Assembly: GCA_009684515.1 (NCBI GenBank)
Contig: WKKS01000011.1
Location: 16,390-80,389, forward strand
DNA: 64,000 bases
Reading direction: 5' to 3'
Source: Geobacter sp.
GTDB taxonomy: Bacteria; Desulfobacterota; Desulfuromonadia; Geobacterales; Pseudopelobacteraceae
Shown here: piece by piece, positions 23,001 to 32,333 of the stretch
Position numbering within the stretch: the first letter of the stretch is position 1
Layout: every line of letters begins with the position of its first letter
The notes under the pieces: generated by a model
The model's input: the letters and a program-made list of their open reading frames with translations, nothing else
Databases searched by the model: none
Told to the model about the DNA's origin: nothing
Program-made: the position numbers and the translations under genes

Positions 23001-23270
23001 GACCATGTCGTCCGGCGAGATCACACCAGTCAGGCGTTCGAAAGCGTTCAGGGCCAGGTCGGGGGAGGGTGTCAAAAGCGAGAGAATTACAATCCGATAC
23101 AGTTCTTCAGCCGAAAAAAGCGGCTGGAACATCGTGATGTTCTCAGCGGAGCGGGCACCGTATTGATAACCGTGCGACTCCAGAAGCAGGGCCAGTTCCC
23201 GCACCCGGTCAGCTTTATCGTCGATGGCGATGATGCGATGGAAATCCTCTGAAAAGCGTTCCTGAGGCAT
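20097..23270 (-). CDS. glnE: Bifunctional glutamine synthetase adenylyltransferase/adenylyl-removing enzyme
   Basis: About 1060 aa with two nucleotidyltransferase modules ([22 protein letters not shown] and [22 protein letters not shown]). I chose the ATG at 23270; the track start at 23285 is a TTG. Confidence 0.93.
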   Translation of the reverse strand: [1057 protein letters not shown]

Positions 23271-23271
23271 T

Positions 23272-24312
23272 TTATTTACCCGCAACCCTGCGCAAACCGG
23301 CGCGATAATCGTCCTTGACGATGCCGTTCTCGGTGATGATGGCCGTAATGTAGCGGGCCGGTGTCACATCAAAAGCCGGGTTGCGAACCTTGACCCCCTC
23401 CGGTGCGATTGCGACCCCCTTGATATGAGTCACCTCGTTGTCCGGCCGTTCCTCGATCGGGATTTTGCTGCCGTCGGACAGAGTCAGGTCCAGGGTCGAA
23501 ACCGGCGCAGCCACATAAAAGGGGATATTGTTTTCCCTGGCCAATACCGCTACCGAATAGGTGCCGATCTTGTTGGCGGTGTCGCCATTGGCGGCGATCC
23601 GGTCGGCACCAACCACGCAGCAGGTGATCTCCCCCTTGCTCATGAAAAAACCGGCCATATTGTCGGAGATCAGTGTCGTTGGTATGCCGTCCTTCATCAA
23701 TTCCCAGGCGGTCAGGCGGGCGCCTTGCAGCCAGGGGCGGGTTTCATCCGCAAAAACCTTAATGTTTTTTCCGGCCTCCTGGGCGGCACGAATCACACCC
23801 AGAGCCGTTCCGTAGCCGGCTGTGGCCAGCCCGCCTGCGTTGCAGTGAGTCAATACGGTCGCTCCTTCCGGGATCAGGGTGGCACCCCACTTGCCGATAT
23901 TCTTGCAGATGGTCAGGTCTTCCTGCTCAATCTTGATCGCCTCTTTCTTTAATATATCGCGAATTTTATCGAGGCTTTTATCCCGATTTTCCTCTGCGAC
24001 CCGCTTCATGCGCTCGATGCCCCAGAAGAGATTGACCGCCGTCGGGCGGGTGCGGGCCAGTACGTCGCAGACGTTCTCCAATTGGCGATAGAACGAATCG
24101 TAAGTGTCGGCAATGATCTCGCGGGCTCCCAGCGCCACTCCCATGGCGGCAGCCACGCCGATGGCCGGTGCTCCCCGGATGATCATTCCCCGGATGGCGT
24201 CGGCCACGGATTTGAAGTCGGTGTAGCTGTTGTAAATTTCTTCGTTTGGCAGACGGGTCTGGTCGATCATGATCACAGCGTCGTCGCGCCATTCGATGGT
24301 ACGAAAGGACAT
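23272..24312 (-). CDS. mtnA: S-methyl-5-thioribose-1-phosphate isomerase
   Basis: [34 protein letters not shown] and [27 protein letters not shown] precedes the ATG at 24312. Confidence 0.93.
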   Translation of the reverse strand: MSFRTIEWRDDAVIMIDQTRLPNEEIYNSYTDFKSVADAIRGMIIRGAPAIGVAAAMGVALGAREIIADTYDSFYRQLENVCDVLARTRPTAVNLFWGIERMKRVAEENRDKSLDKIRDILKKEAIKIEQEDLTICKNIGKWGATLIPEGATVLTHCNAGGLATAGYGTALGVIRAAQEAGKNIKVFADETRPWLQGARLTAWELMKDGIPTTLISDNMAGFFMSKGEITCCVVGADRIAANGDTANKIGTYSVAVLARENNIPFYVAAPVSTLDLTLSDGSKIPIEERPDNEVTHIKGVAIAPEGVKVRNPAFDVTPARYITAIITENGIVKDDYRAGLRRVAGK

Positions 24313-24475
24313 TATCGGACTCCTCGGTTTGAAATATGCCCCAGCCTTCACAATAAATGGGTGGGGAGCGGATGCCTTTAGATTTTTATTAGTACCACGG
24401 AGCGACTGATTCAGGCAATATTTTACCCGTCGTTTTACCTTGCCGCTAAAGAGCCGTAACTGCTATAAACCCGGC

Positions 24476-25342
24476 ATGAATTTGGAGTCACTCATACTTG
24501 TTGTTTCAGGGGCGTTACTCCACGCACTATGGAATTATTTTGCCAAGAAGGCATCCGGCGGCCTGACGTTTGTCTGGCTGTTCGGAGTGGTCAGTATTAC
24601 GGCGGCCTTTCCTTTCGGTGTAATTTCCTGGCTTAACAACTCCCACCAACTCGGCCTGAACGCCTGGATTGCAATTGTTGCCAGTGCTTTGGTGCATGTC
24701 GTCTACTCATTGGTTCTTCAGCGCGGTTACCAAGTAAGTGATTTCTCAATTGTCTATCCACTTGCCAGAGGAACCGGTCCGCTCTTTTCAATCGCCGGAG
24801 CAATGCTGTTTCTTGCGGAATCTCCAAGTATTATGGGTTGGCTAGGCATTGCACTGGTTGTTTCCGGCATATTCATGATTTCGGGCGGCACAAATCTGCA
24901 CAGAGCATCCGGGGCGGCTTTGCAGGGCGTAATCTGGGGGTGTCTCACAGGGGTGTTCATCGGTCTTTATACGCTGATAGACGGGTGGGCGGTCAAAACG
25001 CTTGCCATGGCACCGGTGCTGTATTATGTGCTCGGCCTGGGATTGCGGACCCTTCTGCTTGCCCCGCAGGCGCTGAGTCAAAGGCCGTTGCTGCTCCGGC
25101 AATGGCAGGAGAACAGACGCTATATACTGGCGGTCGGGATATTGTCACCCCTGGCATATACGCTGGTGCTGTTTGCGATGACCAAGGCCAAGCTCAGTTA
25201 CGTCGCCCCCATCCGAGAAATCTCGATGTTGATCGGAGTGTTTTTCGGCGCCAGAGCGCTGCGGGAGGCGTTCTCCCGGTTGCGATTGATCGGTATGTTT
25301 CTGATGTTGACAGGGGTTGTGCTGTTGGCGGTGGCCAAATAG
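24476..25342 (+). CDS. EamA/DMT-family transporter
   Basis: Ten predicted TM helices in two EamA-like halves. The start is uncertain (24440 TTG or 24476 ATG). Confidence 0.7.
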   Translation: MNLESLILVVSGALLHALWNYFAKKASGGLTFVWLFGVVSITAAFPFGVISWLNNSHQLGLNAWIAIVASALVHVVYSLVLQRGYQVSDFSIVYPLARGTGPLFSIAGAMLFLAESPSIMGWLGIALVVSGIFMISGGTNLHRASGAALQGVIWGCLTGVFIGLYTLIDGWAVKTLAMAPVLYYVLGLGLRTLLLAPQALSQRPLLLRQWQENRRYILAVGILSPLAYTLVLFAMTKAKLSYVAPIREISMLIGVFFGARALREAFSRLRLIGMFLMLTGVVLLAVAK

Positions 25343-25669
25343 CCGGTTGATAGCAATACGATTCCCGTGGTTTGCGGTAGAGCATTATCTGTAAAATAAT
25401 GTTGACAACGCACTTGCCCGGATGTTATTGAATTCAAAATTCATTATCACAAGGCGCTGTCAAATAATAACAAAGCGTGTGCCCACCTGAAAAGAGCATC
25501 CTGTTTAATATCCGTCCGGATCTAAATCAAACAGACCCATGCAATCGATAATCGGTGACTAACTGTCGTGCAATTCGTGCAGTTGATCTCCGTGTTTTTT
25601 TGCCGAGTTACTGATAATAATAATCAAAGTCAAGGTGGCGTTAAGTCACCACATCACAGGAGGTAGGAA

Positions 25670-26935
25670 ATGAAGAAAGTTGGATTGGTAGCATCTTTGT
25701 TGGTTGGACTGTTTGCGGTTAACTCTTCCGCCCACGCGGAGACGAGTGTCCCGGATCTGCAAAAGCAGCTGGACGAAATCAACGGCAAGATTCAGAAGCT
25801 TCTGGCTGAAAAAGCAGCAGACGAGCAACAGGTCAAGGCAAAAAGCGAACCGGCCGCAAATAACGGCGAGTACCTGAAGAAGCTTTGGGGTAACACCAAA
25901 ATCAGCGGCTACGGCGAGCTGGAGTACATCTTCAAAAAAGACAATGGCAACGGCAAGGGGGGAAATACGCTTGATCCGCATCGCGTCGTACTGAATGTGA
26001 CATCGCAGCTTTCGGACTGGATCGAATTCAACTCGGAACTGGAATGGGAACATGGCGGCAGTGACGGCGGCGCGGATGGAAGCATTTCTGTGGAGCAGGC
26101 CTATCTGACCTTCAAGTTGAACCCGGCCCTGAACGTTAATGCCGGGGTGATGCTGCTCCCGATGGGGGCCATCAACCAAAACCATGAGCCGACCAACTTT
26201 TACTCCAGCGCCAGGCCGGCTCTGGATATGTACCTGATTCCAAGCACCTGGCAGGAGATGGGGGTTGGCATCAGCGGTGCGCTTCACAAGAAAGTCGATT
26301 ACCAGCTGATGGCCGTGTCGGGGCTCGATGGGACCAATTTCGATGCTGCGAAAGGAGTGCGAGAGGGAAGGCAGGGCTTTAAAAAGGATAATAACCGCAA
26401 CTTCGCAGTGGCCGGTCGCCTGGACCTGCGTCCAGTGGATGGGTTGAGAACCTCACTGTCGCTCTATTCCGGCAACTCGGCTTCCAGCGGCACTTCTACC
26501 GCATATACCACTATTGCAGCAGTTGATGGCCGCTATCGCATCAGCGACTTTGAATTGGCCGGCGAATATGTGCATGTTTATCAGGATCGCCCGGAGTCGC
26601 TGAATACCGAAATCGGCAGGAACATGTCCGGCTATTGGGTAGAGGGGGCATGGCACGCATTACCTTCAGCCTGGAAACAAGGCAGGCTTTCCAATGCTGA
26701 TGCAGTGCTCTTCGCCCGCTATTCCGAGCTGAACACACAGCATGGCGGCGCCGCTGACCCAAGCAAAACAAGCGGCAGGTTCGACCGCAATTATACAACA
26801 GTGGGAGTATCGTTCCTTCCAATCCCGTCCGTGGCAATCAAGGCTGATTATCAATTCTTCGGTGACCGCCGCGCCGCTGGTGAAGTCCCGCTGGACAACG
26901 ACAAGTTCCAGGTGACGGTCGGTTTTGTTTTTTAG
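25670..26935 (+). CDS. Outer-membrane beta-barrel porin with N-terminal coiled coil
   Basis: Signal peptide (AVNSSAHA|ET), alternating beta-strand pattern, C-terminal ...VTVGFVF ending in Phe, and an AGGAGG SD. Confidence 0.7.
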   Translation: MKKVGLVASLLVGLFAVNSSAHAETSVPDLQKQLDEINGKIQKLLAEKAADEQQVKAKSEPAANNGEYLKKLWGNTKISGYGELEYIFKKDNGNGKGGNTLDPHRVVLNVTSQLSDWIEFNSELEWEHGGSDGGADGSISVEQAYLTFKLNPALNVNAGVMLLPMGAINQNHEPTNFYSSARPALDMYLIPSTWQEMGVGISGALHKKVDYQLMAVSGLDGTNFDAAKGVREGRQGFKKDNNRNFAVAGRLDLRPVDGLRTSLSLYSGNSASSGTSTAYTTIAAVDGRYRISDFELAGEYVHVYQDRPESLNTEIGRNMSGYWVEGAWHALPSAWKQGRLSNADAVLFARYSELNTQHGGAADPSKTSGRFDRNYTTVGVSFLPIPSVAIKADYQFFGDRRAAGEVPLDNDKFQVTVGFVF

Positions 26936-26971
26936 GAGAAGAACCGGCCTGACTTGCTAAATGATCCAAAC

Positions 26972-26997
26972 GGCCGGGGGTATCCTCCGGCCATTTT
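26972..26997 (+). terminator. Terminator after the porin gene
   Basis: GGCCGG-GGGTATCCT-CCGGCC followed by ATTTT. Confidence 0.55.
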
Positions 26998-27036
26998 AGC
27001 TTGGCGCACCGGAAAACTTCCTGCTATAACTCCGGA

Positions 27037-27594
27037 ATGGACAAGAGAACGCAAAATGTGAGTTTGATTGAGATCATTCTGACCTTTGCCAAGATCGGTC
27101 TGACCGGTTTTGGCGGCGGTATGGCGATAGTCGCGCTGGTGGAGAGAATCTGCGTAAAAGAGAAAGGGTGGATTACTTCCGAGGAGTTTTTGCACGGATT
27201 GGCTTTTGGGCAGATTCTGGGGCCTTTTTCTCTAAACGTCTGCACCTTTACCGGACACCACCTGCGCGGCATCCGGGGCGGGATTACGGCTGCCGTCGGA
27301 TTTATCACACCCTCGTTTTTGCTGGTTTCGCTGCTCTCCTGGCTTTATTTCACCTACAATAAACTGCCCCAGCTTCAGGCCGCCCTCAAGGGGACCAATC
27401 CGGTCGTCATCGGGTTGATCGTGGTGGTGGCGATCGATATGGGACGTAAGCAGATCAAGGGGGGGAGCGGACTCCTGATGGCGCTGGCCGCCTTTGCCGC
27501 CACGGTCGTACTCAAGCTGAATGCAGCCTGGGTCCTGCTGGCGGCGGCACTCTGGTCACTGTGCGCCAGTTTCTACCGCCGGAGGTGCAACTGA
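27037..27594 (+). CDS. chrA: Chromate transporter family protein (short-chain CHR, N-half type)
   Basis: IEIILTFAKIGLTGFGGGMAIVALVE, the typical CHR domain. Its length is only half of a full ChrA. Confidence 0.8.
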   Translation: MDKRTQNVSLIEIILTFAKIGLTGFGGGMAIVALVERICVKEKGWITSEEFLHGLAFGQILGPFSLNVCTFTGHHLRGIRGGITAAVGFITPSFLLVSLLSWLYFTYNKLPQLQAALKGTNPVVIGLIVVVAIDMGRKQIKGGSGLLMALAAFAATVVLKLNAAWVLLAAALWSLCASFYRRRCN

Positions 27595-28112
27595 TGGCGT
27601 CGCTGTTTTCTCTGGCCTGGATCTATTTCCGGATCGGACTGATTTTTGTGGGTGGCGGTTATGTGCTGATCCCGCTCCTGAACCACATTATGGTTGATCA
27701 ATACCACTGGCTGACGTTGCGCCAATTCCTGGATGGCCTGGCGCTGTCCCAGCTGACCCCCGGCCCGCTGGCCATGCTGGCCACCTTTACCGGCTTCCGG
27801 GCCGGCGGTTTTCTGGGCGGCCTGGTCGCCACGGTATTCATCTTTCTGCCATGCGTTATTTTGATGCTGGTCGTCGGCCGCAACTATGACCGCCTCAAAA
27901 ACATCGACATCATCAAATCCACCCTGGACGGATTGCTGCCGGCAGTCGTCGGCCTGGTTGCGGCTGCAGCCTGGAACCTGGGCGCCTCCTCACTGACCGG
28001 AATAAAGGAATTCATAATTCTGGTGATCGGATTCGTAATATTCAAATGGACCAAAGTCAGTCCGATGGTTGTGATCATCGGGGCGGGGTTGGTAGGGATA
28101 TTGGTCAACTGA
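27594..28112 (+). CDS. chrA: Chromate transporter family protein (short-chain CHR, C-half type)
   Basis: FRIGLIFVGGGYVLIPLL..........LSQLTPGP. The start overlaps the preceding stop (TGATG). Confidence 0.8.
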   Translation: MASLFSLAWIYFRIGLIFVGGGYVLIPLLNHIMVDQYHWLTLRQFLDGLALSQLTPGPLAMLATFTGFRAGGFLGGLVATVFIFLPCVILMLVVGRNYDRLKNIDIIKSTLDGLLPAVVGLVAAAAWNLGASSLTGIKEFIILVIGFVIFKWTKVSPMVVIIGAGLVGILVN

Positions 28113-28141
28113 GCAGTAAAACCATCAGAAAAAACAGACAG

Positions 28142-28170
28142 AGGCACCGGGATTCAACGGTGCCTTTTTT
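28142..28170 (+). terminator. Terminator after the chrA pair
   Basis: AGGCACCG-GGATTCAA-CGGTGCCT followed by TTTTTT. Confidence 0.75.
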
Positions 28171-28197
28171 ACTGCCCTGTGCTATTGTGGCCAACTT

Positions 28198-30699
28198 ATG
28201 GAAACGCACTTTACAGAAGATTGCCGTGCTCTGATGCGGCACGAAATTACCGCCGCCAGCGGCAACGAAGTTTTTTTCATCGGCCGCACCAATGTGGAAG
28301 GCGTCGTCTGTGAAGTCGAAGTCATCGCGCGTGGCAGCAAGCAGGCCGTGCCGGCTATTATGGTGCGTGCCTCGACCGGTGATGTTGTCGTTCACAATCA
28401 CCCGTCCGGTGACCTGACCCCCTCTTCAGCTGATATGGAGATCGCTTCGGTGGCCGGCAACCAGGGTATCGGCTTCTCGATTGTTGATAACGACTGCTTG
28501 CGCTGTTACCTGGTCGTGACCCCCCACACCGAAAGAAAAGGCGAATTGCTCTCACTGGAGGAGATTGGCCGGGTCTTCGCCCCTGACGGCATGATGGCCC
28601 ACCTGAAGGGGTATGAACAGCGCGCCGAACAGGTCCGCATGGCTTTTGCCGTGGCCGAGGCTTTCAACCGTGATGGCGTGGTGCTGGTGGAAGCCGGCAC
28701 CGGCACCGGCAAGTCGCTGGCCTACCTGGTGCCCTCCATTCTCTGGGCGGTGCGCAACAACGAGCGGGTTGTGATCTCCACCAATACGATCAACCTGCAG
28801 GAACAGCTGATCCGCAAAGACCTTCCCTTTCTGGCGCGCAATTCAAAAGTCGAGTTCAAGGCGGCCCTGGTCAAGGGGCGCAGCAATTACGCCTGCCTTC
28901 GCAAACTGGAGCATGCCGAGGCCGAACCATCCCTGTTTCCGGATGAATCCTCGGCCGAACTGACCACCATTATCGAGTGGAGTCACGCCAGTCAGGACGG
29001 CTGCCGCAGCGACCTGACCTTCACTCCGCGTTACACGGTCTGGGAGGAAGTCTGCTGCGAAGCCGACCAGTGCAGCCGTTCACGCTGCAAGCATTTCAAC
29101 CGCTGCTTTTTCTATCGGGCCCGGCGCGAGTCGTCGGCCGCCAGGGTGCTGGTGGTCAATCACGCCCTGCTGCTGTCCGACATAGTCCTCAGAAAAGAGA
29201 CCGGCTACGATGCCACCGCCATTCTGCCCCCCTTCACCCGTCTGGTCTTTGACGAAGGGCACCATCTGGAGGATGTGGCCACCAGCCACCTGTCACTGAC
29301 CATCGCCCGCAGCGGAATTCTCAAACAGCTGCAGCGGCTGGTGCCGCATAAGACCAACCGGGCCGGTTTGTTGACGATCATCTCTTCGCGCATCACCCGT
29401 GACCTGCCTGAGTCGCAGGATGGGCTTTACGCCGAATTGTCCGGCTTGCTGGAAACCCATCTGCTCCCCAAGGCCCATGACCTGTCCGGTCTGACGGAGC
29501 AGACCATGGATTGGCTGGCGTTTTCGGTTGAGCATGATGCCGGAGGCCTGGCCGGACGCGAGCAGAAGCTGCGCATTACGCCGGAAGTTGAACGCAGAGC
29601 CTTCTGGCCGGAGTGCAGGCAGAGGCTGCAGACACTGGCAGATGGCGTCAACGACTACACCTCGGCCCTGCGTACGCTGCTGCGCCGCTGCGGAGACCTG
29701 CCGGAAAAACTGCGGGAGAAGCTGGCCGACCAGCTGCTTGATACGGGAGGCATCGAAGGGCGTTTGCAGGCCATGGCCGACGGGCTTCTCTTTTTTACGA
29801 CCGATGCGGAAGGATACTGCCGCTGGATCGAAACAAAAAGCGGCATTCGCGGTGTGCAGGCCCGGCTCTGCGCGGCGCCGCTGGATATCTCGGGTCAGCT
29901 GAAAGAGACCGTGCTGGATCGTCTCAAGACAATCATCGTTACCTCGGCTACGCTGACCGTGGGAGGCCAGTTCGGTTATCTGAAGAAACGGACCGGTTTT
30001 GCCCTGCTCCCCAGGCAGCGCCTGACGGAGCTGCAGCTGGAATCGCCTTTCGACTATGCCAGTCAGGTCTTTGTGGCAATACCGGACAACATGCCGGAGC
30101 CGACTGAACCGGGCTACCGCGAGGCGCTGGAAACACATATTCTGAAGGCTGTCACCCTGGCTCGCGGCGGCGCTTTTGTTTTGTTCACCTCCTATGATCT
30201 GCTGAACCGGGTCTATACCGTGCTGGCTCCAAAGCTGGCCAAGCTGGGACTGAGCTCGCTCAAGCAGGGCGAGACCGGCCGCCATGCCTTGCTGGCGCAG
30301 TTCCGCAAAGAGGGGAACGCGGTGCTGTTCGGCACCGATTCCTTCTGGGAGGGGGTGGATGTCAAAGGTGAGGCGCTGCGGCTGGTGATCATCACCCGTC
30401 TCCCTTTTCAGGTGCCGACCGAACCGGTCCAGCAAGCCCGGGCTGAAAAGATCAAGGCCGACGGTGGCGATGCTTTCAGAGACTTTTCCCTGCCGCAGGC
30501 GGTGATCAAATTCCGTCAGGGGTTCGGGCGTTTGATCCGCAGCCGCGACGACCGCGGGGCGGTGCTGATTCTGGACCGGCGCGTAATTAACAAGAGCTAT
30601 GGCAGAACCTTTCTGCGTTCGCTGCCGGACACGGAGATTGTCAAGGGGGATTCGGGGGAGATGTTCGGGAAGATGGAGCGATTCTTCAAGTCAGAATAA
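28198..30699 (+). CDS. DinG/XPD-family (Rad3-like, Fe-S) DNA helicase with an N-terminal RadC-like JAB/MPN domain
   Basis: Residues about 1-110 carry an intact JAMM signature, HNHPSGDLTPSSAD (HxH-x7-S-xx-D). These are followed by Walker A (AGTGTGKS), a Cys cluster (C..C...CC...C....C....C), a DEGHHLED box and C-terminal helicase motifs (GTDSFWEGVD, QGFGRLIR). Confidence 0.8.
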   Translation: METHFTEDCRALMRHEITAASGNEVFFIGRTNVEGVVCEVEVIARGSKQAVPAIMVRASTGDVVVHNHPSGDLTPSSADMEIASVAGNQGIGFSIVDNDCLRCYLVVTPHTERKGELLSLEEIGRVFAPDGMMAHLKGYEQRAEQVRMAFAVAEAFNRDGVVLVEAGTGTGKSLAYLVPSILWAVRNNERVVISTNTINLQEQLIRKDLPFLARNSKVEFKAALVKGRSNYACLRKLEHAEAEPSLFPDESSAELTTIIEWSHASQDGCRSDLTFTPRYTVWEEVCCEADQCSRSRCKHFNRCFFYRARRESSAARVLVVNHALLLSDIVLRKETGYDATAILPPFTRLVFDEGHHLEDVATSHLSLTIARSGILKQLQRLVPHKTNRAGLLTIISSRITRDLPESQDGLYAELSGLLETHLLPKAHDLSGLTEQTMDWLAFSVEHDAGGLAGREQKLRITPEVERRAFWPECRQRLQTLADGVNDYTSALRTLLRRCGDLPEKLREKLADQLLDTGGIEGRLQAMADGLLFFTTDAEGYCRWIETKSGIRGVQARLCAAPLDISGQLKETVLDRLKTIIVTSATLTVGGQFGYLKKRTGFALLPRQRLTELQLESPFDYASQVFVAIPDNMPEPTEPGYREALETHILKAVTLARGGAFVLFTSYDLLNRVYTVLAPKLAKLGLSSLKQGETGRHALLAQFRKEGNAVLFGTDSFWEGVDVKGEALRLVIITRLPFQVPTEPVQQARAEKIKADGGDAFRDFSLPQAVIKFRQGFGRLIRSRDDRGAVLILDRRVINKSYGRTFLRSLPDTEIVKGDSGEMFGKMERFFKSE

Positions 30700-30709
30700 C
30701 AGGTCGGCA

Positions 30710-30729
30710 GGGGCGCATTCATGCGCCCC
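30710..30729. terminator. Hairpin between convergent genes
   Basis: GGGGCGCAT-TC-ATGCGCCCC palindrome between the helicase gene and the membrane-protein gene. Confidence 0.55.
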
Positions 30730-30744
30730 CATCGTCAGGCAATA

Positions 30745-31227
30745 TCAGTTCAATGCTTTGATCTGCTTTTTGGCGCTGAAGTTGAAACATTGGAAATACA
30801 TCAGGCAGGTCAGTAAAAACGAAAAGATGGTTATGGCCAGAAAAAACGAGGAGCCCGCAGATTTCTTGGCATCCGGTATCAATGCGACAAAGACGATGAA
30901 AAAAACGACCGAGCAGAACTTCCAGAGGTCGCCGATCAGGCGTTTCTTGCGCAGTGCCGTCAATTGGACATTGGATAATCCGGTGGCGTTTCCTTCAATC
31001 TCGATTCCGGCATCGCGCCAGGCGAGTTTGTAGACCGGATAGATCAGCAGCAGTTGAATAATGATGGCGGCCGCAAGGCTGGTGATAAATTGTTCCGGCT
31101 TGCCTCGCACCGCAAACAGGCTTTGAAAACTCAATGCCATAAAGACCAGCAGTCCCAGCAGGATGGTTTGCACTATCCGGTATAGCATCATTTGTCGATT
31201 AAGTTTCTTGAATTCCACAACAGCCAT
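30745..31227 (-). CDS. Hypothetical 4-TM membrane protein
   Basis: Four hydrophobic helices and no recognised motif. The start is uncertain: MAVVEF at 31227 has a GGAGA SD, while the track ORF extends to 31302. Confidence 0.5.
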   Translation of the reverse strand: MAVVEFKKLNRQMMLYRIVQTILLGLLVFMALSFQSLFAVRGKPEQFITSLAAAIIIQLLLIYPVYKLAWRDAGIEIEGNATGLSNVQLTALRKKRLIGDLWKFCSVVFFIVFVALIPDAKKSAGSSFFLAITIFSFLLTCLMYFQCFNFSAKKQIKALN

Positions 31228-31384
31228 TGACATACTCTCCATGTTGTATTTATAACTCTGTTCCAAAGTGGGATGTTTATAGCAGAGTGCTGAAAGATTC
31301 ACAAGTATACAAAATGGTGAGCGTACTCAAAAGCGGTTTTTCAATCATCGGAGTGTGCATGAATCAACAATCAGGATCGGAATA

Positions 31385-32323
31385 ATGAAGCAGCTTCTGC
31401 GTCGCATTTTTACGCCGGTTATGACGATGATCGCGATTCAGCTGGTCTGGATCACGCTGGTAGTTTCCTGGATTTACTGGTTCATCGGCAAACATAGAGA
31501 ATTCATGGCGCTGGCGGAAAAATACCGCCCGGAGCTTATCGGGGGCGGTTTTAACTGGCCGGTCATGGTGGAGGGGATCGGCATGCTGCTGCTGATCCTG
31601 ATTGGCGCTTATGTGATTTTCGTGTTCTGGAACCGCCAGTCCAACCTGTATGCGCAGCAACGAAATGTTATCGCCCAGGTCACACACGAGTTGAAATCAC
31701 CGCTGGCATCCATTCAGCTTCACCTTGAGACAATCCGGCTGCGCCGTCCCAACGAAGAGAAACTTGACTCCTTTGTCGGCACAATGCTGTCCGATACAGA
31801 ACGCCTTCACTACCTGATCAACAACCTGTTGATGGCGGCACGTCTGGAGCAGCGCCGCAAACAGGCTGAAAAGCGCCCGACCGACCTGACGGCACTGGTC
31901 AGAGAGCACGTGGAGCGTGAGCGGATCACCCTGCCGCAGGGTGGCAACATTTTCTTCGAAGCCGCAGCAGGCCTGAAGGCGATGGTTGATCCGGAGGAGA
32001 TGGGAATGGTTATTCGCAATCTGTTTGAAAATGCGATTCTTTACTCGCCCCAGAGCCCCGAAATAAATGTGCGGATCATCAAATCCGGGAACTTTCTGCA
32101 ACTCTCTGTTCAGGATCAGGGCCGAGGTCTCGAAAGCCGGGAGCTGAAAAAAGTGTTTGACCGTTTCTATCGGGTTCAACCGCCCGGTGAGAATGTGCGC
32201 GGCACCGGCCTGGGGCTCTATATTGTTGAATCTGTCATCCGGGGTTACGGCGGCACGGTGAGCGTCTCAAGTGACGGACTCGGCAAAGGCAGCACCTTCA
32301 CGGTTAAAATTCCGGCAGTATAG
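31385..32323 (+). CDS. Sensor histidine kinase (2 TM, HisKA + HATPase_c)
   Basis: H-box VTHELKSPLASI, N-box NLFENAILYS, and G-boxes DQGRGL and GTGLGLYIV. Confidence 0.88.
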   Translation: MKQLLRRIFTPVMTMIAIQLVWITLVVSWIYWFIGKHREFMALAEKYRPELIGGGFNWPVMVEGIGMLLLILIGAYVIFVFWNRQSNLYAQQRNVIAQVTHELKSPLASIQLHLETIRLRRPNEEKLDSFVGTMLSDTERLHYLINNLLMAARLEQRRKQAEKRPTDLTALVREHVERERITLPQGGNIFFEAAAGLKAMVDPEEMGMVIRNLFENAILYSPQSPEINVRIIKSGNFLQLSVQDQGRGLESRELKKVFDRFYRVQPPGENVRGTGLGLYIVESVIRGYGGTVSVSSDGLGKGSTFTVKIPAV

Positions 32324-32333
32324 GGATCTGATT

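Noticed and set aside
25343-25669. Possible attenuator or terminator in the 327-bp leader of the porin gene (T-run at about 25590)
   Set aside because: The T-run is not preceded by a stable GC-rich hairpin. Only direct repeats of GTGCA are present, so no terminator is called.
29293-30435. 380-aa minus-strand ORF inside the JAB-DinG helicase gene
   Set aside because: It is antisense to a gene carrying all helicase motifs. The translation is Arg/Gln/Gly/Leu-biased with no recognisable domain. Shadow ORF.
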